24,285 nt of DNA from Utricularia gibba (Eukaryota; Plantae; Magnoliophyta). The notes beneath the pieces are model-generated. The model worked only from the letters and a program-made list of their open reading frames with translations. It was not told the DNA's origin and did not search any database. The DNA lies in the NCBI GenBank assembly GCA_002189035.1, contig NEEC01000323.1, forward strand, positions 1 through 24,285, written 5' to 3'. Positions 12,256-21,300 of this stretch are shown here, piece by piece; the first letter of the stretch is position 1; each line of letters starts with the position of its first letter. Made by a program: the position numbers and the translations under genes.

Positions 12256-15200
12256 CACGTGCACCCCACGATTTTTTCAACAACTTACTTTATACTTGAG
12301 CAGGCGGTCTTTGGGTGCACCTGGAACGGGACAAAGGTAAGGTTTGGCTTGCACCGAGAGTTAGTTGTAGTCCGGCAAATAAAGTGATGTATTTATTATC
12401 GTTCGGTTTTCGGGGGCTGCCTACATGGTTTTTGAAGGAACAGCTTCTCGTTTTGTGGCGGCCAGTCTCGCTGGGAACTTGGTCCTTGACCCCGATTCTG
12501 TATGGCTCATGAGGTCAACTGGATGCAAATCGATTAAAAAAAATGATGCATTTTTTAAATTATGATGTCACGTGCCCCCACATGATTTTTTCACAACTTA
12601 CTTTATACTTGAGCAGGCGGTCTTTGGGTGCACCTGGAACGGGACAAAGGTAATGTTTGGCTTGCACCGAGAGTTAGTTGTAGTCCGGCAAATAAAGTGA
12701 TGTATTTATTATCGTTCGGTTTTCGGGGGCTGCCTACATGGTTTTTCAAGGAACCGCTTCTCGTTTTGTGGCGGCCAGTCTCGCTGGGAACTTGGTCCTT
12801 GACCCCGATTCTGTATGGCTCATGAGGTCAACTGGATGCAAATCGATTAAAAAAAATGATGCATTTCTTTAAATTATGATGTCACGTGCACCCCACATGA
12901 TTTTTTCAACAACTTACTTTATACTTGAGCAGGCGGTCTTTGGGTGCACCTGGAACGGACAAAGGTAGGTTTGGCTTGCACGAGAGTTAGTTGTAGTCCG
13001 GCAAATAAAGTGATGTATTTATTATCGTTCGGTTTTCGGGGGCTGCCTACATGGTTTTTCAAGGAACGCTTCTCGTTTTGTGGCGGCCAGTCTCGCTGGG
13101 AACTTGTCCTTGACCCGATTCTGTATGGCTCATGAGGTCAACTGGATGCAAATCGATTAAAAAAAATGATGCATTTGTTTAAATTATGATGTCACGTGCA
13201 CCCCACATGATTTTTTCAACAACTTACTTTATACTTGAGCAGGCGGTCTTTGGGTGCACTGGAACGGGACAAAGGTAAGGTTTGGCTTGCACCGAGAGTT
13301 AGTTGTAGTCCGGCAAATAAAGTGATGTATTTATTATCGTTCGGTTTTCGGGGGCTGCCTACATGGTTTTTCAAGGAACAGCTTCTCGTTTTGTGGCGGC
13401 CAGTCTCGCTGGGAACTTGGTCCTTGACCCCGATTCTGTATGGCTCATGAGGTCAACTGGATGCAAATCGATTAAAAAAAAATGATGCATTTGTTTAAAT
13501 TATGATGTCACGTGCACCCCACATGATTTTTTCAACAACTTACTTTATACTTGAGCAGGCGGTCTTTGGGTGCACTGGAACGGGAAAAAGGTAAGTTTGG
13601 CTTGCCCGAGAGTAGTTGTAGTCCGGCAAATAAAGTGATGTATTTATTATCGTTCGGTTTTCGGGGGTGCCTACATGGTTTTTCAAGGAACCGCTTCTCG
13701 TTTTGTGGCGGCCAGTCTCGCTGGAACTTGGTCCTTGACCCCGATTCTGTATGGCTCATGAGGTCAACTGGATGCAAATCGATTAAAAAAAATGATGCAT
13801 TTGTTTAAATTATGATGTCACGTGCACCCCACATGATTTTTTCAACAACTTACTTTATACTTGAGCAGGGGTCTTGGGTGCACTGGAACGGGAAAAGGTA
13901 AGTTTGGGCCCGAAGTAAGTTGTAGTCCGGCAAATAAAGTGATGTATTTATTATCGTTCGGTTTTCGGGGTGCCTACATGGTTTTTCAAGGAACAGCTTC
14001 TCGTTTTGTGGCGGCCAGTCTCGCTGGGAACTTGGTCCTTGACCCGATTCTGTATGGCTCATGAGGTCAACTGGATGCAAATCGATTAAAAAAAATGATG
14101 CATTTGTTTAAATTATGATGTCACGTGCACCCCACATGATTTTTTAACAACTTACTTTATACTTGAGCAGGCGGTCTTTGGGTGCACCTGGAACGGGACA
14201 AAGGTAAGTTTGGCTTGCACCGAGAGTTAGTTGTAGTCCGGCAAATAAAGTGATGTATTTATTATCGTTCGGTTTTCGGGGCTGCTACATGGTTTTTCAA
14301 GGAACAGCTTCTCGTTTTGTGGCGGCCAGTCTCGCTGGGAACTTGGTCCTTGACCCCGATTCTGTATGGCTCATGAGGTCAACTGGATGCAAATCGATTA
14401 AAAAAAATGATGCATTTGTTTAAATTATGATGTCACGTGCACCCCACATGATTTTTTTAACAACTACTTTATACTTGAGAGGCGGTCTTGGGGGGCACTT
14501 GGAACCGGAAAAAGATCAGCTTAGGCTTGGCCAAAGTAAGTTGTAGCCGGCAAAGAAAGTGATGTATTTATTAACGTTCGGTTTTCGGTGTTGCCTACAT
14601 GGTTTTTCAAGGAACAGCTTCTCGTTTTGTGGCGGCCAGTCTCGCTGGAACTTGGTCCGGGCCCCGATTCTTTATGGCTCATGAGGACAAAAGGATGCAA
14701 ATCGATGAAAACAATGTTGCATTTGTTTAAATTGCGATATCACGTGCACCCCACATGATTTTTTCAACAACTTACTTTATACTTGAGCAGGCGGTCTTGG
14801 GGGGCACTTGGAACGGGAAAAATCAGTTAGGGCTTGCCCAAAGTTAGTTGTAGTCCGGCAAATAAAGTGATGTATTTATTATCGTTCGGTTTTCGGGGCT
14901 GCCTACATGGTTTTTCAAGGAACCGCTTCTCGTTTTGTGGCGGCCAGTCTCGCTGGGAACTTGGTCCTTGACCCGATTCTGTATGGCTCATGAGGTCAAC
15001 TGGATGCAAATCGATTAAAAAAAATGATGCATTTGTTTAAATTACGATGTCACGTGCACCCCACATGATTTTTTTCAACAACTTACTTTATACATGAGGA
15101 GGCGGTCTTGGGGGGCACTTGGAACGGAAAAAGTCAGCTTAGGCTTGGCCAAAAGTAAGTTGTAGCCGGCAAAGAAAGTGATGTATTTATTAACGTTCGG

Positions 15201-15359
15201 TTTTCGGTGTTGCCTACATGGTTTTTCAAGGAACAGCTTCTCGTTTTGTGGCGGCCAGTCTCGCTAGGAACTTGGTCCGGGCCCCGATTCTTTATGGCTC
15301 ATGAGGTCAAAAGGATGCAAATCGATGAAAAAATGTTGCATTTGTTTAAATTGCGATAT
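12256..15359. repeat. Transition zone: run of seven B monomers (12256-14433), then an R-mosaic-R' island (14434-15359)
   Basis: M40-M46 carry left block B. M47 and M49 carry A-a-x and M48 is a B/A mosaic. This is the last occurrence of the A left block and of the full x block in the window. Confidence 0.85.
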
Positions 15360-18300
15360 CACGTGCACCCCACATGATTTTTTCAACAACTTACTTTATA
15401 CTTGAGCAGGCGGTCTTTGGGTGCACCTGGAACGGGACAAAGGTAAGGTTTGGCTTGCACCGAGAGTTAGTTGTAGTCCGGCAAATAAAGTGATGTATTT
15501 ATTATCGTTCGGTTTTCGGGGGCTGCCTACATGGTTTTTCAAGGAACGCTTCTCGTTTTGTGGCGGCCAGTCTCGCTGGGAACTTGGTCCTTGACCCGAT
15601 TCTGTATGGCTCATGAGGTCAACTGGATGCAAATCGATTAAAAAAAATGATGCATTTGTTTAAATTATGATGTCACGTGCACCCCACATGATTTTTTCAA
15701 CAACTTACTTTATACTTGAGCAGGCGGTCTTGGGTGCACTGGAACGGGAAAAAGGTAAGTTTGGCTTGGCCGAAGTTAAGTTGTAGCCGGCAAATAAAAG
15801 TGATGTATTTATTATCGTTCGGTTTTCGGGGTTGCCTACATGGTTTTTCAAGGAACCGCTTCTCGTTTTGTGGCGGCCAGTCTCGCTGGGAACTTGGTCC
15901 TTGACCCGATTCTGTATGGCTCATGAGGTCAACTGGATGCAAATCGATTAAAAAAAATGATGCATTTGTTTAAATTATGATGTCACGTGCACCACATGAT
16001 TTTTTTCAACAACTTACTTTATACTTGAGCAGGCGGTCTTGGGTGCACTGGAACGGGAAAAAGGTAAGTTTGGCTTGCCCGAGAGTAGTTGTAGTCCGGC
16101 AAATAAAGTGATGTATTTATTATCGTTCGGTTTTCGGGGTGCCTACATGGTTTTTCAAGGAACAGCTTCTCGTTTTGTGGCGGCCAGTCTCGCTGGGAAC
16201 TTGGTCCTTGACCCGATTCTGTATGGCTCATGAGGTCAACTGGATGCAAATCGATTAAAAAAATGATGCATTTGTTTAAATTATGATGTCACGTGCACCC
16301 CACATGATTTTTTCAACAACTTACTTTATACTTGAGCAGGCGGTCTTTGGGTGCACCTGGAACGGGACAAAGGTAAGTTTGGCTTGCACCGAGAGTTAGT
16401 TGTAGTCCGGCAAATAAAGTGATGTATTTATTATCGTTCGGTTTTCGGGGGGCCTACATGGTTTTTCAAGGAACCGCTTCTCGTTTTGTGGCGGCCAGTC
16501 TCGCTGGGAACTTGGTCCTTGACCCGATTCTGTATGGCTCATGAGGTCAACTGGATGCAAATCGATTAAAAAAAAATGATGCATTTGTTTAAATTATGAT
16601 GTCACGTGCACCCACATGATTTTTTTCAACAACTTACTTTATACTTGAGCAGGCGGTCTTTGGGTGCACCTGGAACGGGACAAAGGTAAGTTTGGCTTGC
16701 ACCGAGAGTTAGTTGTAGTCCGGCAAATAAAGTGATGTATTTATTATCGTTCGGTTTTCGGGGCTGCCTACATGGTTTTTCAAGGAACAGCTTCTCGTTT
16801 TGTGGCGGCCAGTCTCGCTGGGAACTTGGTCCTTGACCCCGATTCTGTATGGCTCATGAGGTCAACTGGATGCAAATCGATTAAAAAAAATGATGCATTT
16901 GTTTAAATTATGATGTCACGTGCACCCCACATGATTTTTTCAACAACTTACTTTATACTTGAGCAGGCGGTCTTTGGGTGCACTGGAACGGGACAAAGGT
17001 AAGTTTGGCTTGCACGAGAGTTAGTTGTAGTCCGGCAAATAAAGTGATGTATTTATTATCGTTCGGTTTTCGGGGGCTGCCTACATGGTTTTTCAAGGAA
17101 CCGCTTCTCGTTTTGTGGCGGCCAGTCTCGCTGGGAACTTGGTCCTTGACCCGATTCTGTATGGCTCATGAGGTCAACTGGATGCAAATCGATTAAAAAA
17201 AATGATGCATTTGTTTAAATTATGATGTCACGTGCACCCCACATGATTTTTTCAACAACTTACTTTATACTTGAGCAGGCGGTCTTTGGGTGCACTGGAA
17301 CGGACAAAGGTAAGTTTGGCTTGGCCGAAGTTAGTTGTAGCCCGGCAAATAAAGTGATGTATTTATTATCGTTCGGTTTTCGGTGTTGCCTACATGGTTT
17401 TTCAAGGAACCGCTTCTCGTTTTGTGGCGGCCAGTCTCGCTGGAACTTGGTCCCCCCCGATTCTGTATGGCTCATGAGGACTGATGCAAATTTAAAAAAA
17501 ATGATGCATTTGTTTAAATTATGATGTCACGTGCACCCCACATGATTTTTTCAACAACTTACTTTATACTTGAGCAGGCGGTCTTTGGGTGCACTGGAAC
17601 GGGACAAAGGTAAGTTTGGCTTGCACCGAGAGTTAGTTGTAGTCCGGCAAATAAAGTGATGTATTTATTATCGTTCGGTTTTCGGGGGCTGCCTACATGG
17701 TTTTTCAAGGAACCGCTTCTCGTTTTGTGGCGGCCAGTCTCGCTGGGAACTTGGTCCTTGACCCCGATTCTGTATGGCTCATGAGGTCAACTGGATGCAA
17801 ATCGATTAAAAAAAATGATGCATTTGTTTAAATTATGATGTCACGTGCACCCCACATGATTTTTTCAACAACTTACTTTATACTTGAGCAGGCTCTTTGG
17901 AAACGGGACAAAGGTAAGTTTGGCTTGCACGAGAGTTAGTTGTAGTCCGGCAAATAAAGTGATGTATTTATTATCGTTCGGTTTTCGGGTGCCTACATGG
18001 TTTTTTCAAGGAACAGCTTCTCGTTTTGGCGGCCAGTCTCGCTGGGAACTTGGTCCTTGACCCGATTCTGTATGGCTCATGAGGTCAACTGGATGCAAAT
18101 CGATTAAAAAAATGATGCATTTGTTTAAATTATGATGTCACGTGCACCCACATGATTTTTTCAACAACTTACTTTATACTTGAGCAGGCGGTCTTGGGTG
18201 CACTGGAACGGGACAAAGGTAAGTTTGGCTTGCACCGAGAGTTAGTTGTAGTCCGGCAAATAAAGTGATGTATTTATTATCGTTCGGTTTTCGGTGTTGC

Positions 18301-21300
18301 CTACATGGTTTTTCAAGGAACCGCTTCTCGTTTTGTGGCGGCCAGTCTCGCTGGAACTTGGTCCCCCCGATTCTTTATGGCTCATGAGGTCAACTGGATG
18401 CAAATCGATTAAAAAAATGATGCATTTGTTTAAATTATGATGTCACGTGCACCCCACATGATTTTTTCAACAACTTACTTTATACTTGAGCAGGCGGTCT
18501 TTGGGTGCACCTGGAACGGGACAAAGGTAAGTTTGGCTTGCACCGAGAGTTAGTTGTAGTCCGGCAAATAAAGTGATGTATTTATTATCGTTCGGTTTTC
18601 GGGGGCTGCCTACATGGTTTTTCAAGGAACCGCTTCTCGTTTTGTGGCGGCCAGTCTCGCTGGAACTTGGTCCTTGACCCCGATTCTGTATGGCTCATGA
18701 GGTCAACTGGATGCAAATCGATTAAAAAAATGATGCATTTGTTTAAATTTATGATGTCACGTGCACCCCACATGATTTTTTCAACAACTTACTTTATACT
18801 TGAGCAGGCGGTCTTTGGGTGCACTGGAACGGGACAAAGGTAATGTTTGGCTTGCACCGAGAGTTAGTTGTAGTCCGGCAAATAAAGTGATGTATTTATT
18901 ATCGTTCGGTTTTCGGGGGCTGCCTACATGGTTTTTCAAGGAACCGCTTCTCGTTTTGTGGCGGCCAGTCTCGCTGGGAACTTGGTCCTTGACCCGATTC
19001 TGTATGGCTCATGAGGTCAACTGGATGCAAATCGATTAAAAAAATGATGCATTTGTTTAAATTATGATGTCACGTGCACCCACATGATTTTTTCAACAAC
19101 TTACTTTATACTTGAGCAGGCGGTCTTGGGTGCACCTGGAACGGGACAAAGGTAAGTTTGGCTTGCCCGAGAGTTAGTTGTAGTCCGGCAAATAAAGTGA
19201 TGTATTTATTATCGTTCGGTTTTCGGGGTGCCTACATGGTTTTTCAAGGAACCGCTTCTCGTTTTGTGGCGGCCAGTCTCGCTGGGAACTTGGTCCTTGA
19301 CCCGATTCTGTATGGCTCATGAGGTCAACTGGATGCAAATCGATTAAAAAAAATGATGCATTTGTTTAAATTATGATGTCACGTGCACCCACATGATTTT
19401 TTCAACAACTTACTTTATACTTGAGCAGGCGGTCTTTGGGTGCACCTGGAACGGGACAAAGGTAATTTTGGCTTGCACCGAGAGTTAGTTGTAGTCCGGC
19501 AAATAAAGTGATGTATTTATTATCGTTCGGTTTTCGGGTTGCCTACATGGTTTTTCAAGGAACCTTCTCGTTTTGTGGCGGCCAGTCTCGCTGGAACTTG
19601 GTCCTTGACGATTCTGTATGGCTCATGAGGTCAACTGGATGCAAATCGATTAAAAAAATGATGCATTTGTTTAAATTATGATGTCACGTGCACCCCACAT
19701 GATTTTTTCAACAACTTACTTTATACTTGAGCAGGCGGTCTTTGGGTGCACCTGGAACGGGACAAAGGTAAGTTTGGCTTGCACCGAGAGTTAGTTGTAG
19801 TCCGGCAAATAAAGTGATGTATTTATTATCGTTCGGTTTTCGGGGTGCCTACATGGTTTTTCAAGGAACCGCTTCTCGTTTTGTGGCGGCCAGTCTCGCT
19901 GGGAACTTGGTCCTTGACCCCGATTCTGTATGGCTCATGAGGTCAACTGGATGCAAATCGATTAAAAAAAATGATGCATTTGTTTAAATTATGATGTCAC
20001 GTGCACCCACATGATTTTTTCAACAACTTACTTTATACTTGAGCAGGCGGTCTTTGGGTGCACTGGAACGGGACAAAGGTAAGTTTGGCTTGCACCGAGA
20101 GTTAGTTGTAGTCCGGCAAATAAAGTGATGTATTTATTATCGTTCGGTTTTCGGGGCTGCCTACATGGTTTTTCAAGGAACAGCTTCTCGTTTTGTGGCG
20201 GCCAGTCTCGCTGGGAACTTGGTCCTTGACCCCGATTCTGTATGGCTCATGAGGTCAACTGGATGCAAATCGATTAAAAAAATGATGCATTTGTTTAAAT
20301 TATGATGTCACGTGCACCCACATGATTTTTTTCAACAACTTACTTTATACTTGAGCAGGCGGTCTTTGGGTGCACCTGGAACGGACAAAGGTAGTTTGGC
20401 TTGCACCGAGAGTTAGTTGTAGTCCGGCAAATAAAGTGATGTATTTATTATCGTTCGGTTTTCGGGTTGCCTACATGGTTTTTCAAGGAACGCTTCTCGT
20501 TTTGTGGCGGCCAGTCTCGCTGGAACTTGGTCCCCGATTCTTTATGGCTCATGAGGTCAACTGGATGCAAATCGATTAAAAAAATGATGCATTTGTTTAA
20601 ATTATGATGTCACGTGCACCCACATGATTTTTTCAACAACTTACTTTATACTTGAGCAGGCGGTCTTTGGTGCACCTGGAACGGGACAAAGGTAATGTTT
20701 GGCTTGCACCGAGAGTTAGTTGTAGTCCGGCAAATAAAGTGATGTATTTATTATCGTTCGGTTTTCGGGGCTGCCTACATGGTTTTTCAAGGAACAGCTT
20801 CTCGTTTTGTGGCGGCCAGTCTCGCTGGGAACTTGGTCCTTGACCCCGATTCTGTATGGCTCATGAGGTCAACTGGATGCAAATCGATTAAAAAAAATGA
20901 TGCATTTGTTTAAATTATGATGTCACGTGCACCCACATGATTTTTTCAACAACTTACTTTATACTTGAGCAGGCGGTCTTTGGGTGCACTGGAACGGGAC
21001 AAAGGTAATGTTTGGCTTGCACCGAGAGTTAGTTGTAGTCCGGCAAATAAAGTGATGTATTTATTATCGTTCGGTTTTCGGGGGCTGCCTACATGGTTTT
21101 TCAAGGAACGCTTCTCGTTTTGGGCGGCCAGTCTCGCTGGGAACTTGGTCCTTGACCGATTCTGTATGGCTCATGAGGTCAACTGGATGCAAATCGATTA
21201 AAAAAAATGATGCATTTGTTTAAATTATGATGTCACGTGCACCCCACATGATTTTTTTCAACAACTTACTTTATACTTGAGCAGGCGGTCTTTGGGTGCA

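Noticed and set aside
17528-17841. Tandem small-RNA gene array (5S rRNA, tRNA, spliced-leader RNA, snRNA)
   Set aside because: I found no recognisable 5S, tRNA or snRNA sequence and no proper Pol III A/B boxes (GTTCGGTT is not GTTCRANNC). The donor-like GGTAAG is not conserved between subtypes and no canonical Sm site follows it.
17892-17908. CENP-B box resemblance (GCTCTTTGGAAACGGGA in M58; TGGAACGGGA in most B monomers)
   Set aside because: The functional consensus needs NTTCGNNNNANNCGGGN. M58 lacks TTCG (7 of 9 essential bases) and arises from a one-off deletion that may be an error. Ordinary B copies lack both TTCG and the correct spacing. GTTCGGTTTTCGGG has 5 rather than 7 nt between TTCG and CGGG.
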